Under the pieces are notes generated by a model. It saw nothing but the letters and a program-made list of their open reading frames with translations. It did no database searches and had not been told where the DNA came from. A stretch of DNA of 25,138 nucleotides from a virus (taxonomy: Duplodnaviria; Caudoviricetes), in IMG/VR virus record IMGVR_UViG_3300037048_000302, positions 1 to 25,138 of that record. One strand, written 5' to 3'. The translations under genes were made by a program, and so were the position numbers. Positions 18,401 to 25,138 of this stretch are shown piece by piece. Positions within the stretch are counted from its first letter, which is position 1. Every line of letters starts with the position of its first letter.

Positions 18401-18744
18401 TCTATCCCATCGAGATGACCAACAAGGGATGCATCCAGGAACGATGGATCTGCCTTTTCACCAGCTCCAGCGAATTCCGGTGCGTCGGCGAATACACCGG
18501 GCAGATCGCGACAGGCAGCATCAACGTGGATTTCGCTCCCATCAATCCCGAAACGTCGGCGCCGTACTTCACCATTCGCGGCGCCGGCTGGGGTTCCGGC
18601 TGGGCCACGGGGAATGTGCTCCGGTTCAATACCGTCGCGGCCAACTACCCGATCTGGGTGGCCCGGACGGTCCTGCAGGGAGATGCCACCGCCCACGAGG
18701 ATCGCTTCCGCCTGCAGGTGCGGGGTGACGCGGATACGGAATAA
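15409..18744 (+). CDS. Large tail-tip/baseplate structural protein (1111 aa) with repeated beta domains
   Basis: The likely start is ATG 15409 (TAATG overlap), giving MILETDIKLMQSERLQDTEDGGGRMTGNEVVDG. It has repeated D-x-G-x-G...G-x-I-x-Y-x-T-G motifs and GLDPVRLPLDGRVPIFR. The track's extension to 15193 overlaps the previous gene. Confidence 0.8.
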   Translation: MILETDIKLMQSERLQDTEDGGGRMTGNEVVDGLSNNLFPDISELDRTYGRISLRKCFPAVLTDTVDTYYGANMIISEPPEDPLVHVSIFKTRESNAWFDERSDAQNKVESYVTQGVLSSMKMLGNHFVGQRALLAYQGTSDDIPGVGDVYVLSDGGNTQFVRVDAIEHETVTYTDTLGNFQKIELTITLSDALRYAFQGGEPNRYSAYQPTAKIYKSNVVEAIAYYGIVTLAQAVDLGDMQVKVSDIKRPLVPSTQAESAILDIQAGGTRSVTLDAGARDVQMSNVAHTGITEITSATRGYNYVKSLYPLPAVGTLEVSYRSREKWYTILDELGTGELTGDGTGRIVYETGSVMITLQDLPDVDTALLWAWSSPAHYDVRTNADVRPFQWEGETEHYPIVPGSISITWEYPSGVTKTATDNGTGSFTGDGTGTICYATGVFWLRPTLIPEAGTTPQITYDYGTLVTEVYNVPLPGDGLLELTAAQQITPYTLSVEWVVERDFNRYQKSGESDPGGVRHYGPYTFTEAPSSSFIEEKSQTVITTRINTSDDGAGNLVSGTVNYATGEMSFWCQVIVEYKETNHSGADGGSSWVTAETTGWPSDPVPVTIRYKPVTGTDTEATETLPAMPLLIALTPSTDGLVVPESVQFLIGTSTYIDRDGSIYRDVTEIDPVGTYSGTIDYETGIVTLTDWTPGSSTFTLTSLLTQKGQWTEAFMRFRTPSAPVRPGGFVLTATDINGDLITGTANTSGEIIGDHIDGDIDFETGVVEVSFGDRVLDSSLTPEEKEEPWYDPANVDLEGYIWKPLEIFPNTCRFNVVVYVYLPLDSDILGLDPVRLPLDGRVPIFRTGDVIVLHNTQTETIATPYNGLVVDCGRVRLSYAKLYDGDGNPVNTDLYTVDLDAGTVTLGAISGLTTPFALEHRIEDMALVSDLQINGTLTLTRSMSHDYATDGSYVSSAVVIGDLFARFSTLFSQATWTSVWSDELIGSSPLAQYNDAVYPIEMTNKGCIQERWICLFTSSSEFRCVGEYTGQIATGSINVDFAPINPETSAPYFTIRGAGWGSGWATGNVLRFNTVAANYPIWVARTVLQGDATAHEDRFRLQVRGDADTE

Positions 18745-18749
18745 GGGCT

Positions 18750-18841
18750 GGTGAGTGGGTGAATCGGTGAGTGGGTGAATCGGAACCTCCAAGCCCAATG
18801 AGCGCAACCGGAAACTAGAAACCTGAAATCAGGAACCAAAA
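18750..18841 (+). repeat. Intergenic short tandem repeats: (GGTGAGTGGGTGAATC)x2, then five degenerate 7-mers
   Basis: The 16-mer occurs at 18750-18765 and 18766-18781. ACCGGAA ACTAGAA ACCTGAA ATCAGGA ACCAAAA occupy 18807-18841. Confidence 0.75.
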
Positions 18842-18843
18842 CG

Positions 18844-20064
18844 ATGGCACTGGCAACGGACGTTAAGATTTTTCGCAGCACCGACGGCGGCGCTCCGACT
18901 CTGAACGGCGCGGCGGGGGCGCTCTCCTCGCTTCTCCATGCGTGCCTGGTGACCGGCTACAATACGCAGGTGCCTGCCGGCATCACCCGCGACGGGACCA
19001 CGGTGACCGTGACTTTCGGCTCCGCTCACGGATATGTGGAGCACCAGGTCGTGAATATCTCCGGGGCCAACGAGTCGGACTACAACGGGGACTTTCGCAT
19101 CACCTCGGTGACATCGACGACATTCACCTTCGAGCTTGCCGGCGGGATAACCCCGACCACGCCGGCCACGGGCACTTTTGCGAGCAAGGTGGCTCCGGCC
19201 GGCTGGACGCGTCCCTACAGCGATACCAACAAAGCCGTTTTCAAGCCCTCCGACGCGGCGGCCACGGGATGCCGGCTTCGGATCGACGACACCAACGCGG
19301 CCACCCGCAGGTCCGTGGTGCGCGGCTACGTAAGCATGACGGACCTCGATTCCGGGACGGAGCCTTTTCCAGCATCGGCCTCGCTCTACTGGCACAAGTC
19401 CACCGACGATGCCACGAGCCGGGTGTGGTTTGTGGCGGCGGACTCCCGGCTCTTCTACCTCGGAATGGCGAACAACGGCACAACGTACGCCGATCTCCAC
19501 ATGTTCGGAGATATCGTGAGCTACAAGCCGGGAGACGCTTACCATTGCGTGCTCACGGGAAGTCCGTCATCGAGCTCGGACACGATCGCCGGGTCGCTCA
19601 TGGTGAAGTGCTTGTATGCGGCCAATATCTATGCCTCGGCGGCCATCTCCGTTGCGAGAGGATATGCGGGGATTACCGGCACCCCCTATCCGCTGGGGGT
19701 CTATGGATTCATGATTGCCAGCACAAGCTCGGCGGCAACGCTGACCGGTTATGCACTGCCGATCGGCAACAACCTGATCGCTTATCCGCATGCCGTGGAT
19801 AACGGGATCGTTTTCGGAAATCTCTTCATGGTGGAATACGGATCGGTCTATGTCGTGAGAGGATATCCTCCGGGGATATATGATCCGTGGCATGCGCCGA
19901 TCACTTCGTACAATGTTCCCTTGATTCTGGACGATATCCCATCGGCGAATAGAAAAGCCATCGCCTGGGCGGCGAGGGCATATCAGCAAACGGGAGGGAG
20001 CTACTGGTTCACCAACAGCACCGTGGGTGTTGCCCTGATCGACATCACCGGGCCGTGGAGATAG
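18844..20064 (+). CDS. Tail-associated protein, candidate receptor-binding protein
   Basis: 406 aa with STDGGAPTLNGAAGALSSLLHACLVTGY, a HGY...ISGA...YNG beta domain, APAGWTRPY and a C-terminal DITGPWR. The C-terminal third looks more AT-rich by eye. Confidence 0.7.
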   Translation: MALATDVKIFRSTDGGAPTLNGAAGALSSLLHACLVTGYNTQVPAGITRDGTTVTVTFGSAHGYVEHQVVNISGANESDYNGDFRITSVTSTTFTFELAGGITPTTPATGTFASKVAPAGWTRPYSDTNKAVFKPSDAAATGCRLRIDDTNAATRRSVVRGYVSMTDLDSGTEPFPASASLYWHKSTDDATSRVWFVAADSRLFYLGMANNGTTYADLHMFGDIVSYKPGDAYHCVLTGSPSSSSDTIAGSLMVKCLYAANIYASAAISVARGYAGITGTPYPLGVYGFMIASTSSAATLTGYALPIGNNLIAYPHAVDNGIVFGNLFMVEYGSVYVVRGYPPGIYDPWHAPITSYNVPLILDDIPSANRKAIAWAARAYQQTGGSYWFTNSTVGVALIDITGPWR

Positions 20065-20070
20065 CGGGCC

Positions 20071-20436
20071 ATGGCGAGCAACCTCACGCTTCAAGCCTGG
20101 CGCTGGCTGGAAGACATCACGCCCCATCCGCTGACCTATGGCATAGCGGAGCGCAAGCATCACGCGCTGCTGGGCTGGGCCAGTTCCGAAGACATGGGTC
20201 ATTACCGGATCCAGGGGACCGTGACCATCGACGAAGAGCCTCAGCGCCGCCGGGTGACGCTGCTCCTGCGCCGGAACATGCGCGTGGTGGCCATCACATG
20301 GAGTGATCAGATTACCGGAGAATATGTGTTCGAGAGCATTGCAAACGATGATTACTGCGTGATCTGCGACGACTACGGCCGGACCTATAACGCCGCCGTG
20401 GCCGATTGGGTGGAACCGGAAGCAATGGAGACCTGA
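20071..20436 (+). CDS. Tail-associated protein with a transthyretin/carboxypeptidase-regulatory-like beta sandwich
   Basis: 121 aa: RIQGTVTIDEEPQRRRVTLL...TWSDQITGEYVFESI...YNAAVADWVEP. Closely spaced with its neighbours. Confidence 0.6.
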   Translation: MASNLTLQAWRWLEDITPHPLTYGIAERKHHALLGWASSEDMGHYRIQGTVTIDEEPQRRRVTLLLRRNMRVVAITWSDQITGEYVFESIANDDYCVICDDYGRTYNAAVADWVEPEAMET

Positions 20437-20843
20437 TGGTTTTCGACCTCGACACCAATGAACGAAACGCCATGCTTCAGGCCCTGGCGGACGTGATCGA
20501 CGCCGCCGATCCGTTGCCCGGGAAGTTTCGGATCTATTCCGGGACAAAGCCCGCAACTCCCGGGGGTGCCATTACGGACCAGGTGCTGCTCGCGGAATGC
20601 GCGTGCTCCCTTCCATGTGGGACTGTGTCTGGAGGGGCACTCACGTTCGATACCATCTCGGATGAAGACCTCGCTCCCGCGAGTGGCCTGGCCACCTGGG
20701 GGCGCCTGCTCGACGGCGCCGATGCCTGGATTGCCGACTTCGATGTGGGTTCCGACGGAAGCGGGGCATTCCTTGAGCTCAACAACACGCAGATCTACGA
20801 GGGCGGGATTGTGAGGCTTACCGCCGGGGAGATCACCATCTGA
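20436..20843 (+). CDS. Phage tail-region structural protein
   Basis: ATG 20436 (TGATG overlap): RNAMLQAL...FRIYSGTKPA...ASGLATWGRLLD...DFDVG, a pattern seen in tail-region genes. Confidence 0.65.
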   Translation: MVFDLDTNERNAMLQALADVIDAADPLPGKFRIYSGTKPATPGGAITDQVLLAECACSLPCGTVSGGALTFDTISDEDLAPASGLATWGRLLDGADAWIADFDVGSDGSGAFLELNNTQIYEGGIVRLTAGEITI

Positions 20844-21946
20844 TGCGATTCTACTGGAAGGAGAGCCTGGACGACCTCGCCGCCGTCACCGGCCTGCAGG
20901 ACGGCGACCGTGGGATTGTTCCGGCGGCAAACGGCGTGGCGTTCTATGAGTACGACAGCGCCACAACCGCCTGGGTCCCACTTGCGACGGCTCTTCCCGT
21001 TGTGACGTCCGTGGGATCTCCGGGATCCGATGTTGCGATACCAACCGAAGCCGCCGTCAGGACGGCTTTTGCTTCTCTCAACGCCGACAATCTGCTTTCG
21101 GGGACACTACCCGCCGGGCGCTTCAACGACACGGCTCACGGCAATCGGTCCGGAGGGACCTTGCACGCGAATGCATCCGCTGGGGCCGCGGGGTTCATGT
21201 CCGCGAGCGACTGCAGCAAGCTTGCGGGGATCGAGTCCGGTGCAACGGCGGATATGAGTGCTTCCGAGATCCTATCGGCCTTACTGACCGTGGATGGGGC
21301 GGCGTCTGGTTTGGATGCGGATAAGCTGGATGGGCTGGACTCTGCCGATCTCCTGAAGATCGCTACCGCGCAAACCATCACTGCGATTCATACCATGGCT
21401 CCCACTTCCGGGAGTGACGCGCTGTTATTGGGGGAGTACGGGAATGTTATCGGAAGAAATGACGACGACTCGTATGTTCGTTTGCGCGGCGGTTCCTCTG
21501 TCAACAACGGCGCCTATACACAAGTTTTTGGCAGGGATCACGCAACGTCGCCCGGAATAGCGCAAATCATGATCGGGGGATACGATGCTACGGGATACTT
21601 CAACATCGGGCATCGACTTACAGATAACTCTTCCGTGATCCTCTTCAAGATAGATCCGGTTGCAAACGTTTGGATCGGGACTCCAATCGCGGCGGGATCC
21701 GAGACGCGCACATTGAAGATGCAGAGAGGAACCGCTCCAGCCTCGGCCGGAACGGATCGGTTCGCGATGTATGGCAAGGACATCGGAGCAGGCAAGTGCG
21801 CCCCACATTTCCTGACCGAGGATCTGAAAGAAATAGGTCTATATCCTGGCCCAGCAATTTCCGACGCAACCGATGCGGCAACGGTTATTACCGCCTGCAA
21901 TTCGATACTGTCCTACATGCGGGCGCGTGGATTCATAGCCTCGTAA
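20843..21946 (+). CDS. Tail fibre protein
   Basis: 367 aa with fibre shaft motifs AGFMSASDCSKLAGIESGA and LTVDGAASGLDADKLDGLDSAD, and a beta-rich distal tip. TGATG coupling. Confidence 0.75.
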   Translation: MRFYWKESLDDLAAVTGLQDGDRGIVPAANGVAFYEYDSATTAWVPLATALPVVTSVGSPGSDVAIPTEAAVRTAFASLNADNLLSGTLPAGRFNDTAHGNRSGGTLHANASAGAAGFMSASDCSKLAGIESGATADMSASEILSALLTVDGAASGLDADKLDGLDSADLLKIATAQTITAIHTMAPTSGSDALLLGEYGNVIGRNDDDSYVRLRGGSSVNNGAYTQVFGRDHATSPGIAQIMIGGYDATGYFNIGHRLTDNSSVILFKIDPVANVWIGTPIAAGSETRTLKMQRGTAPASAGTDRFAMYGKDIGAGKCAPHFLTEDLKEIGLYPGPAISDATDAATVITACNSILSYMRARGFIAS

Positions 21947-21959
21947 GGGGGAGCGAAGA

Positions 21960-22262
21960 ATGGCCAAAATCAAGGGGGATAAAAAATCACTGACCCCTGA
22001 AATACGACTGAGCCGTATCGTTGTGAGCATTTCGAGAAACAACGAGCGAGTCGTTCATTTCGATGTTGAAAGCTATTTGATCGACGACTCGGATATGGTG
22101 ATTGCCGCCATGGATTCGGAGGAGTCCATCATTGTTCGTGATGCTGAGGTTATGAAACAATCCATCACGTTGGATGGAGGTATTGCCATTACATTGGATC
22201 AAGCCATGGATGCATTGGATACATTCTTCACCGAGCAATATGAAAAGAAGAAATCAAAATGA
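21960..22262 (+). CDS. Hypothetical protein, possible tail fibre assembly chaperone
   Basis: 100 aa with a GGGGGAG RBS, directly after the fibre gene. AT-richer than the head genes. Confidence 0.55.
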   Translation: MAKIKGDKKSLTPEIRLSRIVVSISRNNERVVHFDVESYLIDDSDMVIAAMDSEESIIVRDAEVMKQSITLDGGIAITLDQAMDALDTFFTEQYEKKKSK

Positions 22263-22417
22263 TGTTGGACAACGAAACTCAAAGAACATTGTTGCTGGCC
22301 GCTGTCAATGGAATCAATTGGCCGGGCCGCATGGTGGAGGAAATCACCCTGTTGAAGCGCGCCATCATTGAAGCCGAAATCGATCAGGCAAAACATGATC
22401 AGCAGCCCGCGGAATAG
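22259..22417 (+). CDS. Small hypothetical protein (52 aa), possible second fibre chaperone; not in the ORF track
   Basis: ATGA overlap with the previous stop. MMLDNETQRTLLLAAVNGINWPGRMVEEITLLKRAIIEAEIDQAKHDQQPAE, with TAG at 22415-22417, fills the gap before 22423. Confidence 0.55.
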   Translation: MMLDNETQRTLLLAAVNGINWPGRMVEEITLLKRAIIEAEIDQAKHDQQPAE

Positions 22418-22422
22418 AAATC

Positions 22423-24450
22423 GTGTCCCTGGACTCTTTCCAGTCGCATGGATCGAACGAATGGGCGGACAGCCGGGATTGTTCCTGGGCGGTCTATCCC
22501 GGAACACGAGTGGACTTCGGTCTGTCCTACGAATCTCGAGACTGGCAGGCGTGTGTTTACTTCGATCTGGCGAAGCTGCCATGCTCGAATGCCGTTCCGT
22601 GCTCGGATATCATCCCGCCCGTTCTGGGCTCAATTTACGCGAAATTGCTTTCCGGGAATTTCGCTGGGAGCGTCGGAAACAACGGCGATTTTGTGGCGAC
22701 GCTCTCCTCGAGCGGATGGACTTCGGGGCGGACGGGAGTGCAGGGGCCGGCGGCGGTTGCTCTGGCTCCGCCAGGCGGGTCGGTGATCGGCGAATGGGAC
22801 CCGAATGCATGGCGCGGACCGGGATCGCAGCGAGCGGCGGTGTACGAAAGGGTGCCTGCGTCCACACAACAAATCGTATCTCCATGGGACATGGGCGTCC
22901 GAATGCGTCCGCGCTGCCGGTTGAGCTGGGAGGACGGAACGCGGCTATCCGCATCCACCAGGGCCCCGCTCATCCTTCTCGATCGAAGCCATGTGCGAAA
23001 GGATTGTGCGTGGACCTGGGGAGCTCCCCTTCCGGCACAGTACAGCGCACCCTATGTCATGACCTGGCGGCGACCGATCGCAAGGCGGATCGCTTGGAAG
23101 AGTACTCATCCAATCCCGCTGCAGATCGTATCGCCTCATGTGATGACCTGGCCGAAGTCGATCAGCCGATTGCTTCGTCATCAGGTGACGACGCCGGCGC
23201 TCGACGCTCCCGTGCGCGTGTCGTGGCTGATCCCCGGCAAATGGAAGCATGGGGCCCCTCAATGGTGGATCCCTTGGGAAAGTGCGAGGAGGCCCCCATT
23301 CATTTGGCCGCTCCCGGAGCCGGAAGAACCGGAGCCCGAGCCCGGATTCCATGGAGATCCGAATCTCGTCTTGCGGTGCGCCTTGCCGGACTGGGATGCC
23401 TGTATCCATTACAGGCTCGATCTGCCGCAATGCTGGGCGGCGAGGCCCTGTGAATGGGGCATCCGGAGGTATATCGTCGTGATCAACACGTCGACATTTG
23501 TCACACTTGCGAACGGCACCGTCATCCCGTGCGAGTCGCTCGATATCCGGGGAGACCTGGATTCGTGGGCCTGGGGACTCCGGGCGGGCTTCCGGGGCTA
23601 TCCGCCGGACGCGCTGGCCGAGGAGCAAACGGAAGTCCAGGCTACGATCAACGGGCTCGATTGGACTTTTGTTCTCGAAAGCTACGACCTCGATCGGGCG
23701 TTCGGAAACACTCAGGGGTCCGTATCGGGAAGATCACTCTCGGCTTACCTGGCCGACCCCTACGTCACGGCTCGAAGCCGCATCGAGGGGACCGATCGAA
23801 CAGCCGTGCAGTGTGCGGAAGATGAGCTTTACGGCCATGATTGGACGCTCGACTGGGGCTCCGTGGACTGGCTCATTCCGGCCGGAGCCTTCAGCTACGA
23901 TGCCGAGACCCCGATGTCGGCCCTCAAAATTCTGGCGGCAGCGGCCGGGGCCGTCGTGCAAACGCACCCCTCTCTCGCCCGGATATCGGTTTTCCCGCGA
24001 TACCCCGTTTCCACCTGGGCGCTCGGATCGGCTACGCCGGATATCATCATTCCGAGCGATATCATTCTAAGCATGACCAAGCGATGGGAGCCCGCGCCTC
24101 TTTATCGCGGAGTATGGGTATGCGGGCGGGAGCAGGGAGTAGCCGTCCGCGTTCTCCGAGACGGCACCGACGGGGACCCCTACCATCAGCAGATCGTGGA
24201 GCCGCTCGTGAGCCATATCGATGCAGCCCGGGAGCGCGGGCGCAACATTCTTTGCGCTGGAGGCAAACGCGTCCGGATCACGCTCGTCATGCCGCTCATG
24301 CTCGATCCCGGACTCATTACTCCAGGCACCATCGTCCAGGTACTCCAGTCTCCATCCTGGATGGGATACTGCCTCGGCGTCGGTGTTTCGGCACAGTTCG
24401 GGCAGGTATGGCAAACGGTCGAAATTGAGCGGGTACTGGAGACGCCATAA
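22423..24450 (+). CDS. Tail tip hub / central fibre protein (675 aa)
   Basis: The C-terminal half has hub-like motifs (DSWAWGL, ATINGLDWTFVLE, VSGRSLSAYLADPY, DWLIPAGAFS, ARERGRNIL, LITPGTIVQV). The N-terminal half has Trp-periodic repeats. The GTG start is uncertain. Confidence 0.7.
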   Translation: MSLDSFQSHGSNEWADSRDCSWAVYPGTRVDFGLSYESRDWQACVYFDLAKLPCSNAVPCSDIIPPVLGSIYAKLLSGNFAGSVGNNGDFVATLSSSGWTSGRTGVQGPAAVALAPPGGSVIGEWDPNAWRGPGSQRAAVYERVPASTQQIVSPWDMGVRMRPRCRLSWEDGTRLSASTRAPLILLDRSHVRKDCAWTWGAPLPAQYSAPYVMTWRRPIARRIAWKSTHPIPLQIVSPHVMTWPKSISRLLRHQVTTPALDAPVRVSWLIPGKWKHGAPQWWIPWESARRPPFIWPLPEPEEPEPEPGFHGDPNLVLRCALPDWDACIHYRLDLPQCWAARPCEWGIRRYIVVINTSTFVTLANGTVIPCESLDIRGDLDSWAWGLRAGFRGYPPDALAEEQTEVQATINGLDWTFVLESYDLDRAFGNTQGSVSGRSLSAYLADPYVTARSRIEGTDRTAVQCAEDELYGHDWTLDWGSVDWLIPAGAFSYDAETPMSALKILAAAAGAVVQTHPSLARISVFPRYPVSTWALGSATPDIIIPSDIILSMTKRWEPAPLYRGVWVCGREQGVAVRVLRDGTDGDPYHQQIVEPLVSHIDAARERGRNILCAGGKRVRITLVMPLMLDPGLITPGTIVQVLQSPSWMGYCLGVGVSAQFGQVWQTVEIERVLETP

Positions 24451-24463
24451 TGCGGAGGGGGAT

Positions 24464-24688
24464 GTGAACGTCTGGACTCAATTCAAGAAGCTGTTGCCGT
24501 CCCAGGCGCTTCTCGCCGGCGAGGTGACCGCGCACAATGCCGACGGCACTTCCACGGTGGAGCTCCCCGACGGCTCACAGATCCGGGCGTTGGGGACCGG
24601 GGTCGCCATCGGATCGAGCGCCTTCGTGCGCGGAGGCGAAATCGTCGGGGCGGCCCCGACGCTTCCGACCTACGATGCAACGGTGTGA
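24464..24688 (+). CDS. Small tail-tip (spike/OB-fold-like) protein, 74 aa
   Basis: GGAGGGG RBS before GTG 24464: MNVWTQFKKLLPSQALLAGEVTAHNADGTSTVELPDGSQIRALG...AFVRGGEIVGAAP. Confidence 0.7.
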   Translation: MNVWTQFKKLLPSQALLAGEVTAHNADGTSTVELPDGSQIRALGTGVAIGSSAFVRGGEIVGAAPTLPTYDATV

Positions 24689-24709
24689 ATCGGAAGAAAG
24701 GAGTCTTTC

Positions 24710-25138
24710 ATGATTCGAGTGATATTGTTGGCCATGGCGATGGTTTTTTTGAGCGTCGTGGATAGCCTGGCGGTCAGGGTCACCCTGAAATGGACCCCCA
24801 ATACCGAAGCAGACCTCGCCGGGTATCGAATCTATCAAAGCGACGCCGGCGGGGAATACGACAAGACGACTCAGAAGGTGGCGGAGATTCCGGCCAAAGC
24901 CGGCGAACAAAAGCAGGTCACCCTCGAGGTGAAGCCGGACGATGGGCGAACCGTCTACTTTGTGGCGACAGCGTATGATGCAAGCGGCAACGAATCCGAA
25001 TTTTCAAACGAGGTCTTCTGCAAACTGCCCGATAAGACGGCACCTGGAGCCCCGGCGCTCATGGATCCGCTCCAGCAGATCGCCGAAGCCCTGGCATCGA
25101 TTGTCCAGGACGGACTCAAGATTCGGAGCGCGCCATGA
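24710..25138 (+). CDS. Exported fibronectin type III domain protein (142 aa)
   Basis: AAAGGAG RBS and a signal-peptide-like N-terminus (MIRVILLAMAMVFLSVVDSLA). Fn3 motifs are VTLKWTPNTEADLAGYRIY and YFVATAYDASGNESEFSNEV. Confidence 0.85.
   Translation: MIRVILLAMAMVFLSVVDSLAVRVTLKWTPNTEADLAGYRIYQSDAGGEYDKTTQKVAEIPAKAGEQKQVTLEVKPDDGRTVYFVATAYDASGNESEFSNEVFCKLPDKTAPGAPALMDPLQQIAEALASIVQDGLKIRSAP

Larger units (their letters stand above)
4286..25138 (+). mobile_element. Phage-derived head-neck-tail morphogenesis cluster (prophage remnant or domesticated/GTA-like element); no terminase, integrase or lysis genes in the window
   Basis: About 20 co-oriented, closely spaced or overlapping phage structural genes in siphovirus order. 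Confidence 0.85.

Noticed and set aside
18844-21946. Diversity-generating retroelement or invertible shufflon acting on the tail fibres
   Set aside because: I saw no reverse transcriptase, adenine-variant TR/VR pair, invertase or inverted fibre-tip copies in the window.
4291-23628. Long minus-strand ORFs (e.g. 4291-5634, 7996-9390, 12919-14490, 16327-18807)
   Set aside because: They mirror high-GC plus-strand phage genes and have no recognisable motifs.
10456-24688. Contractile injection system or tailocin
   Set aside because: There is no sheath or baseplate wedge gene, and a complete head module is present.
18775-24695. 11-bp direct repeat GTGAATCGGAA at 18775 and 24685 flanking the fibre/hub module
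   Set aside because: Many 11-mer matches are expected by chance in 25 kb, and no recombinase is present.

Overview
The window has two divergent parts. Bases 1-3603 (minus strand) hold one uninterrupted reading frame of at least 1201 codons. The ORF track missed it because it runs off the left edge. It encodes a probably secreted protein with an N-terminal DUF7948-like domain, seven exact 192-bp SBBP beta-propeller repeats, Ig/carboxypeptidase-regulatory-like spacers and an LCAT/PGAP1-like lipase domain (AHSMGG). Bases 4286-25138 (plus strand) hold a tightly coupled, apparently intact siphovirus-type morphogenesis operon. It has a lambda-like head module (gpW, portal, S49 protease with a nested scaffold start, decoration protein, gpE capsid), neck genes, tail tube, a 1249-aa tape measure protein and a large tail-tip/fibre module, and it ends in a signal-peptide Fn3 gene. 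The most striking point is that the operon starts abruptly at gpW. No terminase, integrase, replication, regulator or lysis gene is visible in the window, and gpW is preceded by four 9-bp direct repeats and an RBS-occluding hairpin. This fits either a domesticated, trans-regulated GTA-like or packaging-dependent particle locus, or a recently split prophage. All calls come from motif recognition and gene order only; no searches were run.
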